Source of the DNA: Candidatus Adlerbacteria bacterium
Lineage (GTDB): Bacteria > Patescibacteriota > Minisyncoccia > Phycocordibacterales > SBAW01
Reading direction: 5' to 3'
DNA: 64,000 nucleotides
Assembly (NCBI GenBank): GCA_903851045.1
Contig: CAINNF010000007.1
Coordinates: 11,289 to 75,288 of the forward strand
Shown here: in pieces, positions 30,894-40,339 of the stretch
Layout of the letters: every line of letters starts with the position of its first letter
Numbering within the stretch: the stretch's first letter is position 1
Translations under genes and position numbers: made by a program
Notes under the pieces: generated by a model
The model's input: only the letters and a program-made list of their open reading frames with translations
Databases searched by the model: none
Told to the model about the DNA's origin: nothing

Positions 30894-32570
30894 CTAACGC
30901 ACCTCGAGATCGACGACGCGTGATAATTCGTCAAGTGACGTGAGGCCCCGCAGCACTTTGATGACACCATCTTCAAGCATCGAGGGTATGCCTTGTGGAC
31001 GTGTCGCGGTCGTGATCTCGCGTTCGGATGGTTTGTCGCGCAAGACCGCTTCGAGGATCGAGTCCATAAAGATTGCTTCGAAGACACCGATGCGGCCTTT
31101 GTATCCTCGATTGTGACACTCAGGGCAACCGTCGGGTTTCGCGTCCCACACCTTTAACCGATTCTCGGGCACGAGCGTACGGTCTACCACGCCAGCCATG
31201 ACCTGTTTGATCACCGCCATCTCTTTTTCGTTCTGGTCACGCTCGATCTTGCAGACCTTACACAAGGTACGCACCAACCGTTGCGCCATCGCGACCGTGA
31301 TAGCTGAACTCAGCACTTTTTCGTTGATACCCATGTCGATTAGGCGGGGGAAGGTCCCCGCGGCGTTGTTGGTGTGCAGCGTCGAGAACACCAAGTGGCC
31401 GGTCAGCGACGCGTTGATTGCGGTCTCTGCAACCTCGCCGTCGCGGATCTCGCCGACCATGATGACGTCTGGGTCGGCACGCAGTGCGGAGCGTAACCCT
31501 TGCGCGAACGAATAGTTCTTCTCGACCTGTGTCTGTACGATAGGGAGGTGATATTCGATCGGGTCCTCGATGGTAATGATCTTAGTGCCTGGTTCGTTCA
31601 CTTTACGCAAGAACGCGTACAGTGTCGTCGTCTTACCCGAACCGGTCGGACCGGTCGTGAGAATCATGCCGTTCGGGCGGGCGATCTCGTGATAGATACG
31701 ATCGAGTAGTTTTGGCTCCAGCCCGAGCGCTTCGAGGGACACGGAGATCGCTTTTGGATTGAGGATACGAAGCACCACAGTCTCGCCGTAGTTGCCCGGG
31801 AGCACCGAGGTGCGCATCTCGATCTCGTCGCCGCGGACTTTGATGCTAAAACGCCCGTCTTGCGCCTCGGTGGTGATGTTGAGCTTCATGCCCGACAGGA
31901 GCTTCATGCGGGAAAGCACCAACCGATACGTCTCGTGGTCGAGGGTCAGCACGTTGACGAGTACGCCGTCGAGCCGGTACCGCAACTGTACATTGAACTC
32001 CTCGGGTTCGAAGTGGATGTCGGAGGCGCTGAGCGAGAGTCCTCCGGCGAGAATAACCTCGACGATATGCGTCACGCGATACGCGCGTTTGGTGTCCGCG
32101 GCCGATTCTTGGATGAGCGCGCTGATGTCAGTGAGCGACTTAACCTTCGTGAGAAGCGCCTCGATCTCCTCGGGCGAGATCTCGAAGACGCCCGCCTTGC
32201 TTTCGGTCGCGAACGAAAGGTCCGCGTATCGCGCGTATCCGCGCGCGAGACTCTCTTGAGAGCACATGAACATGGTGGGAATGTACCCGAGATCTTGCAG
32301 GTGTTGTACCGTCGCCAAGGCTTTTGGGTTCGCGGGAGATCGTACCGCAAGACTGAGCTTTTTGCCTACCATCCCGAACGCAACCACCTCGGCGTCCCGC
32401 GCATCCTTTTCGGGCAGGAGACGCAAGGCATCGGAGTTTATCGCGACGAGCGACAGGTCGACGTACTCGACGCCATACTTGTGCGACAATACTTGCGCCA
32501 GTTCCTCCTCCTCGCGCTTTTTGAGGAACTCAAGACGCCGCTGCTGCTCTTCATCGCCAAAGACTACCAT
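30894..32570 (-). CDS. GspE/PilB family type IV pilus assembly ATPase
   Basis: ASDIHFEP, QDGRF, GPTGSGKTTTLY, TIEDPIEY, LRADPDVIMVGEIRD, TGHLVFSTLHTN and two CxxC pairs. Confidence 0.95.
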   Translation of the reverse strand: MVVFGDEEQQRRLEFLKKREEEELAQVLSHKYGVEYVDLSLVAINSDALRLLPEKDARDAEVVAFGMVGKKLSLAVRSPANPKALATVQHLQDLGYIPTMFMCSQESLARGYARYADLSFATESKAGVFEISPEEIEALLTKVKSLTDISALIQESAADTKRAYRVTHIVEVILAGGLSLSASDIHFEPEEFNVQLRYRLDGVLVNVLTLDHETYRLVLSRMKLLSGMKLNITTEAQDGRFSIKVRGDEIEMRTSVLPGNYGETVVLRILNPKAISVSLEALGLEPKLLDRIYHEIARPNGMILTTGPTGSGKTTTLYAFLRKVNEPGTKIITIEDPIEYHLPIVQTQVEKNYSFAQGLRSALRADPDVIMVGEIRDGEVAETAINASLTGHLVFSTLHTNNAAGTFPRLIDMGINEKVLSSAITVAMAQRLVRTLCKVCKIERDQNEKEMAVIKQVMAGVVDRTLVPENRLKVWDAKPDGCPECHNRGYKGRIGVFEAIFMDSILEAVLRDKPSEREITTATRPQGIPSMLEDGVIKVLRGLTSLDELSRVVDLEVR

Positions 32571-32639
32571 TGGCTTTATTGTACCTCGCACACACCGCAG
32601 ATGCTATGTTCTGCTGTCGATTTGGTACACTACCGACAT

Positions 32640-33080
32640 ATGGAGAACGTGAAACTCGATGATCTGGGAGTGGTGGCCCAAAAAACGCTTTCTCGCGTAC
32701 CCCAAGAAGGCTTGCGTGCAGCGCTCATAACGCTCCACGGTGACCTTGGTGCGGGTAAGACCACGTTTGTACAGGTGTTGGGGAAGGAACTTGGTGTGGA
32801 AACGACGATCCAGAGCCCAACATATGTATTGATGAGATCATATCCGATCAACTTTGGACGTTTTACAAAACTCGTGCACATAGACGCGTACCGACTCACG
32901 GTCCCCGAAGAGTTCGCAACACTTAAGCCCGAAGAGTTCTTCAGCGACCCACAGGCACTGGTGGTTTTGGAGTGGCCAGAGCGAGTGGGCGACCTGCTCC
33001 CTCCGCCGGACCTTCGACTCAACTTCTCGTCCGAGGGTGCCAGTGCCGATGAGCGGTTCATCGAAATCATCCAAAAGTAA
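32640..33080 (+). CDS. tsaE: tRNA threonylcarbamoyladenosine biosynthesis ATPase TsaE
   Basis: LHGDLGAGKTTF, SPTY, HIDAYRL, LEWPE; true start lies inside the 31860 track ORF. Confidence 0.95.
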   Translation: MENVKLDDLGVVAQKTLSRVPQEGLRAALITLHGDLGAGKTTFVQVLGKELGVETTIQSPTYVLMRSYPINFGRFTKLVHIDAYRLTVPEEFATLKPEEFFSDPQALVVLEWPERVGDLLPPPDLRLNFSSEGASADERFIEIIQK

Positions 33081-33110
33081 CTCCTTGGTCGCTCATGATA
33101 TAATCGTTGT

Positions 33111-33716
33111 GTGAAAATGCGGATACTGTTCGCTGCGCTCGTCATCTTGATTATCGGCATAGTATCTTGCTCTGCATGGTTCTACCTGCGTATACAAAAA
33201 GACAGCACAGGAACAAAGGTGTTCGCTCCAAACACAGAATCACTACCACAAACAAGAGATGGTTTGGCTGATGCTGCGACCACATCAGCAAGACAGTATA
33301 CAAACAGCGAGTTTGGATTCTCGTTGGTTTCGCCAATCGACTTGTCTTTTGAAAAACTCACGCCAACACAAGGGTTTAATGCTTCCAAACCGCACGCGAT
33401 TTTACATATACAGAATCAAATCAAGGCAGGTACAAGCACTTGGAATGGGTTGATATACATCAACTCGTCTTGGGAAGGGCCTATGGGGCCAGATGATTGG
33501 AGTTCCGCCACAAGCTCAATGCTTGTTAGTGGTGTTCCAGCAACGGTGCGAATAACAGGATCACAAATAGATGGAAAGATATACGAAGAGGAAAAACACG
33601 TCGATTTTGTACGAAATAGCAACTCTTATTTTATCCTTTTGTCGTATGATACCGTCGAAAACAGAGCAATAACGGACAGTATTCTGCAGAGGTTTGCGTT
33701 TGCGACAAGTCAGTAG
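33111..33716 (+). CDS. Membrane-anchored PsbP-like hypothetical protein
   Basis: N-terminal TM helix; YTNSEFGFSL..P motif; C-terminal ILQRFAF. Confidence 0.65.
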   Translation: MKMRILFAALVILIIGIVSCSAWFYLRIQKDSTGTKVFAPNTESLPQTRDGLADAATTSARQYTNSEFGFSLVSPIDLSFEKLTPTQGFNASKPHAILHIQNQIKAGTSTWNGLIYINSSWEGPMGPDDWSSATSSMLVSGVPATVRITGSQIDGKIYEEEKHVDFVRNSNSYFILLSYDTVENRAITDSILQRFAFATSQ

Positions 33717-33793
33717 TTTTTGACATCCTCTAGTGAATAGGGTCTTTTTTTGGCGACGTAGCTGTGGGAACAGGAATGATATAGAGTAAGGGT

Positions 33794-36370
33794 ATGATGA
33801 AGGAAAAGAATCCCTCGACTGGACTCGGGACACGGCGACTGGTGATTCTCGACACCCATGCCATCTTGCATCGTGCGTACCACGCCTTACCCGATTTTTC
33901 TTCGAGCAAGGGTGAACCGACGGGGGCTCTGTATGGGCTTATTACGATGTTGCTCAAGATTATCGGTGAGCTGAAGCCCGATTATATCGTGGCGGCCTTC
34001 GACTTGCCGGAGCCGACGCATCGCCACCTAGCGTTCGCGGAGTACAAGGCGCAACGGGCGAAGGCTGACGATGCGCTCGTAGCACAGATCATACGTTCAC
34101 GTGACGTGCTCGATGCGCTCGGTGTCGTGCGATACGAATGTGCGGGTTTCGAGGCTGACGACGTCATCGGGACCATCGTCGAAGAGTTGAAAGATGCTCG
34201 AGACATCGACGTGATCATCGCCTCCGGCGACATGGACACGCTCCAACTGGTCGACGACTCGCATGTGCGCGCATACACGCTGCGCAAGGGGCTTACCGAT
34301 ACCGTCCTATACGACGAGGAGAAGGTGAAAGAACGCTACGGCTTCGGTCCAGAACACATCGCGGACTACAAAGGTTTACGCGGTGACCCGTCGGACAATA
34401 TCCCCGGCGTGAAGGGTATCGGCGAGAAGACCGCGACGATGCTCATCGTCGAGTTCGGTACCATCGAGAACGTATACAAGGCGCTCAAAGGGCATCCAGA
34501 GAAACTGGTCGCTGCGGGCATAAAACAGGGGATCATACAAAAACTCACCGAGCAGGAGGAGCAGGCGGAATTTTCTAAAGAACTCGCTATCATTCGCCGG
34601 GACGCCCCTATCGATTTTGTATTGCCGCCGATGTGGCGCGAGCACGTGTCGCTGCCGACCATCCTCGACATGCTGCAGGAGTTCGAATTTCGCTCACTTA
34701 TTCCACGTATCAAGACAGTGTTGGCTTCGGGGTCGCGGTTTGGTACACAGGTAGTAGACCAGGCGAATCCTTTTCAGACTTACTCCGAAAAAGGTGGTGT
34801 GAAGAGGTCCCAATCTCCTGATTCCTCCGAAAAAGTCCTCGGGTCTCCCGTCCAGGCTGGAGGCCAGCCAGGCGGGCCAGACTATTTTCTTCAGGAGTCT
34901 GAAAAGGATTCGCCCAAACCACAGGAAGACTCCCTTTTTTCGGAAATCGAACAGGTCGACCAGACCGAGTTCGAGCAGGTTGCGCTGGCGGTGTGGGTTA
35001 TCGACTCGAACGTGACACAACCGACACTTGAAGATATCTATCGAGTCGGGAAGGCAGACAATTTTGCAGAGGCCAAACAGCATATTCTACAGGAGATCAA
35101 AGATCGAAACTTGAGTTTTGTGTACGAGAAGATCGAGTTGCCGCTCGCACCGGTATTGCGATCTGTGGAGTCGTACGGTGTGCGGGTGGATCGCGCGTTC
35201 CTCAAAAAACTCTCAAAGACATACCACAAGGAGCTCGAGAAGATGTCTGCGAACATATATAAGGCGGCGGGCGGCGAGTTTAATATCAACTCACCCAAAC
35301 AGCTGGGCGAGGTGCTCTTCGACCGGATGGGACTCGTGGTGAAGAACCAAAAGAAGACCGCGACCGGTGCGCGGTCGACGCGGGAGTCCGAGCTCGACAA
35401 GATGCGCGAGTTGCACCCCATCATCGCGGACATCCTTTCGTATCGCGAGCTCCAGAAACTCCTCTCGACCTATATCGATGTCATCCCGACGCTGCTCGAT
35501 GCGAAGGATCGGTTGCACACGAGTTATATCCAAGCGGGCACGACGACTGGGCGACTCGCATCGCAGAACCCGAACCTGCAGAATATCCCTATCAAGACCG
35601 AACTCGGGCGGGCTATTCGAAATGGGTTCGTTGCGAGCGAAGGGATGCAGCTCGTGTCGTTCGACTACTCGCAGATCGAGCTGCGAGTCGCAGCGTTGTT
35701 GTCGAACGATCCAACGCTCATAGATATTTTTAAGAACGGACGCGACGTGCATACCGAAGTGGCGGTGCGCGTCTTCCATGTGGAGCCGTCGGCGGTGACC
35801 TACGAGCAGCGTCGACGAGCGAAGGTCATCAACTTCGGCATCATCTATGGTATGGGTGTCAACGCGCTGAAGGAGTCGCTTGGCACCTCGCGTGCTGATG
35901 CGCAAGAATTCTATGATCAGTATTTTGCAGCCTTCCCACGGCTCGCGGCGTACTTGGAGGAAACGAAGGCGGATGCGGCTCGGCTCGGATACACGGAGAC
36001 GCTCTTTGGTCGTCGTCGGTACTTCGAGGGCATCAAGTCGCCGATACCCTATGTGCGCGCGGCGGCCGAACGCATGGCTATCAACGCTCCCATCCAAGGA
36101 ACAGCGACCGCAGACCTCATCAAACTCGCGATGGTCGAGGCGGTGCAGTGGATAGAGAAAGAAAAATTGGCAGACGAGGTGCATCTACTGCTCCAAGTGC
36201 ACGACGAACTCGTGTTCGAGGTGAAGGAGGTGTTGGTCGAGTCGAGTGCGAAAAAGATCAAAGAGATCATGGAGCAGGTGCTCTCGAGTGAGCAGCGAAA
36301 GGGGATACCCTTCAAAGCAGAAGGGAAGTCGGGCGCGAATTGGGGCGACATGCAGGAACTACGCGTATGA
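33794..36370 (+). CDS. polA: DNA polymerase I (5'-3' exonuclease + polymerase; 3'-5' exonuclease region largely absent)
   Basis: HRAYHA, EADDVIGT, GDPSDNIPGV, TGRLASQNPNLQNIP, DYSQIELR, AKVINFGIIYG, LQVHDELVFE. Confidence 0.97.
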   Translation: MMKEKNPSTGLGTRRLVILDTHAILHRAYHALPDFSSSKGEPTGALYGLITMLLKIIGELKPDYIVAAFDLPEPTHRHLAFAEYKAQRAKADDALVAQIIRSRDVLDALGVVRYECAGFEADDVIGTIVEELKDARDIDVIIASGDMDTLQLVDDSHVRAYTLRKGLTDTVLYDEEKVKERYGFGPEHIADYKGLRGDPSDNIPGVKGIGEKTATMLIVEFGTIENVYKALKGHPEKLVAAGIKQGIIQKLTEQEEQAEFSKELAIIRRDAPIDFVLPPMWREHVSLPTILDMLQEFEFRSLIPRIKTVLASGSRFGTQVVDQANPFQTYSEKGGVKRSQSPDSSEKVLGSPVQAGGQPGGPDYFLQESEKDSPKPQEDSLFSEIEQVDQTEFEQVALAVWVIDSNVTQPTLEDIYRVGKADNFAEAKQHILQEIKDRNLSFVYEKIELPLAPVLRSVESYGVRVDRAFLKKLSKTYHKELEKMSANIYKAAGGEFNINSPKQLGEVLFDRMGLVVKNQKKTATGARSTRESELDKMRELHPIIADILSYRELQKLLSTYIDVIPTLLDAKDRLHTSYIQAGTTTGRLASQNPNLQNIPIKTELGRAIRNGFVASEGMQLVSFDYSQIELRVAALLSNDPTLIDIFKNGRDVHTEVAVRVFHVEPSAVTYEQRRRAKVINFGIIYGMGVNALKESLGTSRADAQEFYDQYFAAFPRLAAYLEETKADAARLGYTETLFGRRRYFEGIKSPIPYVRAAAERMAINAPIQGTATADLIKLAMVEAVQWIEKEKLADEVHLLLQVHDELVFEVKEVLVESSAKKIKEIMEQVLSSEQRKGIPFKAEGKSGANWGDMQELRV
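34762..34914. repeat. Palindromic element copy 2, in frame inside polA
   Basis: Arms GGCGAATCCTTTTCAGACT / AGTCTGAAAAGGATTCGCC; shared core at 34831-34888; 153 nt = 51 codons. Confidence 0.9.
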
Positions 36371-37122
36371 TGAAGGTGATCGTCGGCACGCCGCCGCAGC
36401 AGGCGAATCCGAAGTTTCCTGAAGAAAATAGTCTGGCCCGCCTGGCTGGCCTCCAGCCTGGACGGGAGACCCAAGGACTTTTTCGGAGGGAAACTTCGGA
36501 TTCGCCTGCTGTCTTAATGGTAGAAGATCTCTCGTGGGAAAAAACCTCGATAGATGAAGTGCTCGCCATGGCGACGACCATGTCGCTGATGGGGGACATG
36601 AGCATTTTTCGGTTCTCAGGCGCACTTAGTGGCGAGCTGGCGGATGAGTTCTTGGATATAGCGAAGGATCTGGTCGCTTCGCCACACCAGTTCATCTTTA
36701 CCGAAGACAAATTGCTCAAACGGCCGACCGACATACTTACGAAGGCGGGTGTTGAGCTGGTGGTGTACCCGGCGACTAAAAAGGAAGAAGGATTTAATAT
36801 GTTCTCGATAACGAGCACGTTCGCTGTGCGTGACCGAAAGAAGCTCTGGCTACAGATGCATGAGGCGCTGCGTGCTGGCGCGGTACCTGAGGCTATCGCA
36901 GGCATGTTGCACTGGAAAGTGCGCGACATGCTTGCCCATAGAAGCTCCAGCGAAGGCGGGCTACAAGGAGAGAGGAAACCCAGCAACTCGACTCGTCCGG
37001 CTGGGTACTCGACCGAAGAATTGCGGGATATCTCAAGTCGGTTGGTGGTACTGTATCACGACTCGCACCGTGGCGCGGGAGATCTTGCGCTATTGCTTGA
37101 GCGTTTCGTATTGATGCTATAA
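36367..37122 (+). CDS. Putative reduced DNA polymerase III delta subunit (HolA-like)
   Basis: Overlaps the polA stop; TMSLMGD, FNMFSITSTF and EAIAGMLHWKVR resemble delta-subunit segments. Confidence 0.55.
   Translation: MMKVIVGTPPQQANPKFPEENSLARLAGLQPGRETQGLFRRETSDSPAVLMVEDLSWEKTSIDEVLAMATTMSLMGDMSIFRFSGALSGELADEFLDIAKDLVASPHQFIFTEDKLLKRPTDILTKAGVELVVYPATKKEEGFNMFSITSTFAVRDRKKLWLQMHEALRAGAVPEAIAGMLHWKVRDMLAHRSSSEGGLQGERKPSNSTRPAGYSTEELRDISSRLVVLYHDSHRGAGDLALLLERFVLML
36397..36511. repeat. Palindromic element copy 3 (inverted), inside the holA-like CDS
   Basis: Arms CAGCAGGCGAATCCGAAGTTTCC / GGAAACTTCGGATTCGCCTGCTG; the core is the reverse complement of copies 1 and 2. Confidence 0.9.
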
Positions 37123-37132
37123 TGGTGTCATT

Positions 37133-37813
37133 ATGGGTAGTAAACTCCTGCTACTGTTCTCTGTGTTGTTCGTGGTTGGTGGGGTGGCATTTATGACCGC
37201 CTTCTCGCTCAATGCATTGCCTCCGTCGATATACACCTACACATACCAGATCTTTTCGTTTGGACCTCCCCGGTCAGAGTATCCCTACCTCACCAAGTTC
37301 GAGGGTCATTGGCAGACCGAGCTTACTCCGACGATTGCGCAGACGGAGCTCGCGTCATGTGCGCCCCGGTCTGGTATCCTAATAATCCACAATGGACAGG
37401 TCACCGGGACGCCAGGCGGACTCAACGACTACCTATCGGTCACCGCAGTGGTCGACCAGGAGGGTAATCTTGTCGGTAAGACGGTCCGAGGTGGTAGTGG
37501 GAACGATGGCACCATCACCGGCACCATCGTCAAAACAGACGGAAACGGTGTGTGGGCCGACATGTTAGGTTGTAAGGGAACGTTTACCATGCATAAGATC
37601 GATCTGTACGAGGACCCCTCGAAAGGAATCCTGACCTCGTATACCGGGGAGGTGACGCTTATTCGAGATGGAGCGTCACGTCTGCCCGTCCCTGGAGAGC
37701 CTATTTATGTTGGGGACGAGATAGATGTACCAGATGGCGGCGAAGCATATTTGTCGATAGGATTCCAGACCACGAACATACCTGGTGGGCAAAAGTATGT
37801 GGTCAAGGAGTAG
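37133..37813 (+). CDS. Membrane-anchored hypothetical protein with FecR-N-like C-terminal segment
   Basis: N-terminal TM helix; GEVTLIRDG...IYVGDEI.V..GGEA. Confidence 0.65.
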   Translation: MGSKLLLLFSVLFVVGGVAFMTAFSLNALPPSIYTYTYQIFSFGPPRSEYPYLTKFEGHWQTELTPTIAQTELASCAPRSGILIIHNGQVTGTPGGLNDYLSVTAVVDQEGNLVGKTVRGGSGNDGTITGTIVKTDGNGVWADMLGCKGTFTMHKIDLYEDPSKGILTSYTGEVTLIRDGASRLPVPGEPIYVGDEIDVPDGGEAYLSIGFQTTNIPGGQKYVVKE

Positions 37814-37888
37814 CACAGCACTACAAAATATAGCGCGTTTCTGATATAGTGCTGTCAATCTGTGTATCGCGTGTATACGGAGGCAATC

Positions 37889-37961
37889 CCGCCCATAGCT
37901 CAGTCGGTAGAGCAGCTCCCTTTTAAGGAGACGGTCGTTGGTTCGAATCCAACTGGGCGGA
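37889..37961 (+). tRNA. tRNA-Lys(TTT); CCA not encoded in the current state
   Basis: Acceptor CCGCCCA/TGGGCGG, D-arm GCTC..GAGC, anticodon loop CTTTTAA, T-arm GTTGG-TTCGAAT-CCAAC. Confidence 0.95.
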
Positions 37962-39524
37962 CAGAAATTGGTGTAATATAACCCCCTTATTTTGAGCGAT
38001 TTCTTGAGCTTTCTTGGTTTCTTGTGAGCGATAGAATGCTGCTTCGAGTTTCAAAAGTGCATCGAAAAGAGGGGCAGGAATGGCGCTTATTATAACTCCG
38101 TTGACGACTTCGAACCGCTCCCAGAAAAAGAGCAGGTACTGTCGTTGTAGTTCGGGTGATGCTTTTTTGTATGCAGCACAAATGTCTCGTGTGAGCAGGA
38201 GTATCTCGCGCGCAACCTCGACGTTTACCTCTCGTTGGTCTTCGAGTTGGAGCAATTCGTTGTTGATTTGGTCTATGTCTGTCTGCAATTCTTTGCGTAT
38301 GCGCGTGAAGTCCTCGTCGGAGAGTGTGCTCGAAAAGAGCTTTTCTTCTGCGATTTTGCGCTTTGACTCAAGTCCTGTGCGGCGATTAACGAACCCTTGC
38401 CGCTTCGCATCGTACTTTTTGCGTCGTTCTAGGAATATCTGTCGTGCGTTGTCTATGACCACGCCGACAAACTCGTCGGAGAAATCTATGTCTCTGAACT
38501 TATCGGCCACCGCATCCTCCAGTGCTGTGTGCTCAATGTATTTTCCGCACCCTTTCGGGTTGGTGCAGTGGTAGTACGCCTTCTTTTTGTTCATGTGCCA
38601 TTCGGCAGCGTAGCGACGACCGTGCCGAGGACAGGTTACAAGTCCCGCAAGTAGCCAGACGTATTTACGACGACGACAGGCGTGCTTGTTCTTTTCTTCG
38701 AGTATCATCTGTACGCGGTCAAACGTCTCTTGGTCGATTAACGGCTCATGTTTGCCTTTGAGTACGTCGATACCGCCCCAGTGAATCTCGCCGAGATAGA
38801 GGCGATTGCGCAGCAGATTGTATAGGCTGTTGAGTTGCAGTCGGCTACCTTGTCGGTTGCGTAATCCTTTGACGTGCATGATGTCGGACAGCTCCGCGAC
38901 GCTGATGTCGCCGCGTGCGTAGCGGTGGAATGTCTCGGTTACAAGCGGTCCCGACACTGGATCGGTGGCGATGATGTTTCTGCCTATTCGTCCTGCAAGC
39001 GGGTTCGGGTTCTTGGTGTTGTAGTATCCTGTGGGCGGATAGGTGGGGAAGTAGCCCTCTTTGGCGATTTCGCGCATCACGCCTTGTACTTTCTCCGCAG
39101 TTATCAGACGCTGCAGCTGCGAGAAGGTCATCATCATAGTGCCGACCGTGAGACCCATTGCGCTTTCGTTGTCTATCATTGGCTCGTTGATGCTGATGAG
39201 TACGGCTCCTTTCGATTTCAGGAGTTCTTGGAAGATGAGGTAGTCTTTGACGTTGCGCCCAATACGGTCGCTGTGTACGACGTAGACCGCTTGCACTTTC
39301 TTCTCGTGGATGAGCTGTATGAGTGTGCGTATCGCGGGGCGGTTCATGTCCTTGCCGCTCTTGCCCTCGTCTTTGAGTGCGGGCAGTAGGGTGTATCCGT
39401 CGCGGAGGATCCGCTCGTTGCAGATTCTTTCTTGTGCTTCGATAGACAAGCCCTCCTTGGCCTGCTCATCGGTTGATACCCTACAATAAGTTACGGCTGT
39501 TTTGTTTTGATTAATAGTTGGCAT
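37923..39524 (-). CDS. Large serine recombinase (resolvase, recombinase, Zn-ribbon and coiled-coil domains)
   Basis: YCRVSTDEQ catalytic motif, SGKDMNRP, SDRIGRN, PPTGY, NRLYLG, HEPLID, LAGLVTC..YYHC; last codons overlap tRNA-Lys antisense. Confidence 0.95.
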   Translation of the reverse strand: MPTINQNKTAVTYCRVSTDEQAKEGLSIEAQERICNERILRDGYTLLPALKDEGKSGKDMNRPAIRTLIQLIHEKKVQAVYVVHSDRIGRNVKDYLIFQELLKSKGAVLISINEPMIDNESAMGLTVGTMMMTFSQLQRLITAEKVQGVMREIAKEGYFPTYPPTGYYNTKNPNPLAGRIGRNIIATDPVSGPLVTETFHRYARGDISVAELSDIMHVKGLRNRQGSRLQLNSLYNLLRNRLYLGEIHWGGIDVLKGKHEPLIDQETFDRVQMILEEKNKHACRRRKYVWLLAGLVTCPRHGRRYAAEWHMNKKKAYYHCTNPKGCGKYIEHTALEDAVADKFRDIDFSDEFVGVVIDNARQIFLERRKKYDAKRQGFVNRRTGLESKRKIAEEKLFSSTLSDEDFTRIRKELQTDIDQINNELLQLEDQREVNVEVAREILLLTRDICAAYKKASPELQRQYLLFFWERFEVVNGVIISAIPAPLFDALLKLEAAFYRSQETKKAQEIAQNKGVILHQFLSAQLDSNQRPSP

Positions 39525-39677
39525 GGTGTTGTGATGGTAAATACGCACCTTGGAAACACAAACCGGTTTTTCCACACTTACCAGTGAGAGTGGTTCTTTT
39601 TCCTTGAGGAGGGTATAGAATTAATTTTTTAATTTCATTTTAATAATTAATTATTGTCCTAACTTTCTTATGGTTGG

Positions 39678-40139
39678 TTACTGAAGATTTTTAGGTTTCG
39701 CTCTACTCCTTTTTTCTCCCCGCTCACGTTCTATCCTTCGCTGAATTGCGTCGAGTTTGCCCTGCGCCATTGGTGCGAGTCGCCACTGTATCGTGCCTAG
39801 CCGTTTATGCCGCCCGCCTTTTTCTAGAACATCTCTTACTCGTAGATGCTCAAGCGATTGGTTTACTGTCACATCGCTCACATTTAGTGATTTTGCGAGC
39901 GATTTTTGCCCTATGTAACACCACCCGGTTTGTCGAGAGAGCGAATATATCTCAGCCACCAATAGTGCCTCGGTAGGACTAAACCCGAACTGATCCGTGA
40001 GACCAAAGTACACGATTGCGTACATGCCCTCACGGTTGGTTCGGTCGGCGACAAACTCGTTCGCTGGCTCGCTTGCGTCAGAGTCTCCTTGTGGCGGAGT
40101 CGGAGGCGTGACAAAGTCCCCGAGTTTAGTCATTTCCAT
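39678..40139 (-). CDS. Winged-HTH protein (phage/plasmid replication-initiator-like N-terminus)
   Basis: GWCYIGQKSLAKSLNVSDVTVNQSLEHL HTH pattern. Confidence 0.7.
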   Translation of the reverse strand: MEMTKLGDFVTPPTPPQGDSDASEPANEFVADRTNREGMYAIVYFGLTDQFGFSPTEALLVAEIYSLSRQTGWCYIGQKSLAKSLNVSDVTVNQSLEHLRVRDVLEKGGRHKRLGTIQWRLAPMAQGKLDAIQRRIERERGEKRSRAKPKNLQ

Positions 40140-40142
40140 GGT

Positions 40143-40325
40143 CTAGTAGGGGATAGTCTCAAACGTCACGTCGTCACCCTCTTGGTCGAGGTCGTCCGTG
40201 TCCTCGATATTTTTCCTTAGCTGGTGGGCATCGTATAGCGTCTGGATTAGATTGTCTTCGATTGCCCTAACTTTGGTGATGTTGCTGTGCTCTCGTGCAG
40301 TTTCGCCCTTGGTCTTAGTTGGCAT
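40143..40325 (-). CDS. Small hypothetical protein
   Basis: 60 aa, tightly packed with co-oriented neighbours. Confidence 0.5.
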   Translation of the reverse strand: MPTKTKGETAREHSNITKVRAIEDNLIQTLYDAHQLRKNIEDTDDLDQEGDDVTFETIPY

Positions 40326-40339
40326 AGTTGTTCTGCTGA

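Noticed and set aside
31860-32639. N-terminal 260 aa of the 406-aa ORF 31860..33080
   Set aside because: Antisense to pilB; only the TsaE part from ATG 32640 is real, so this is not a fusion.
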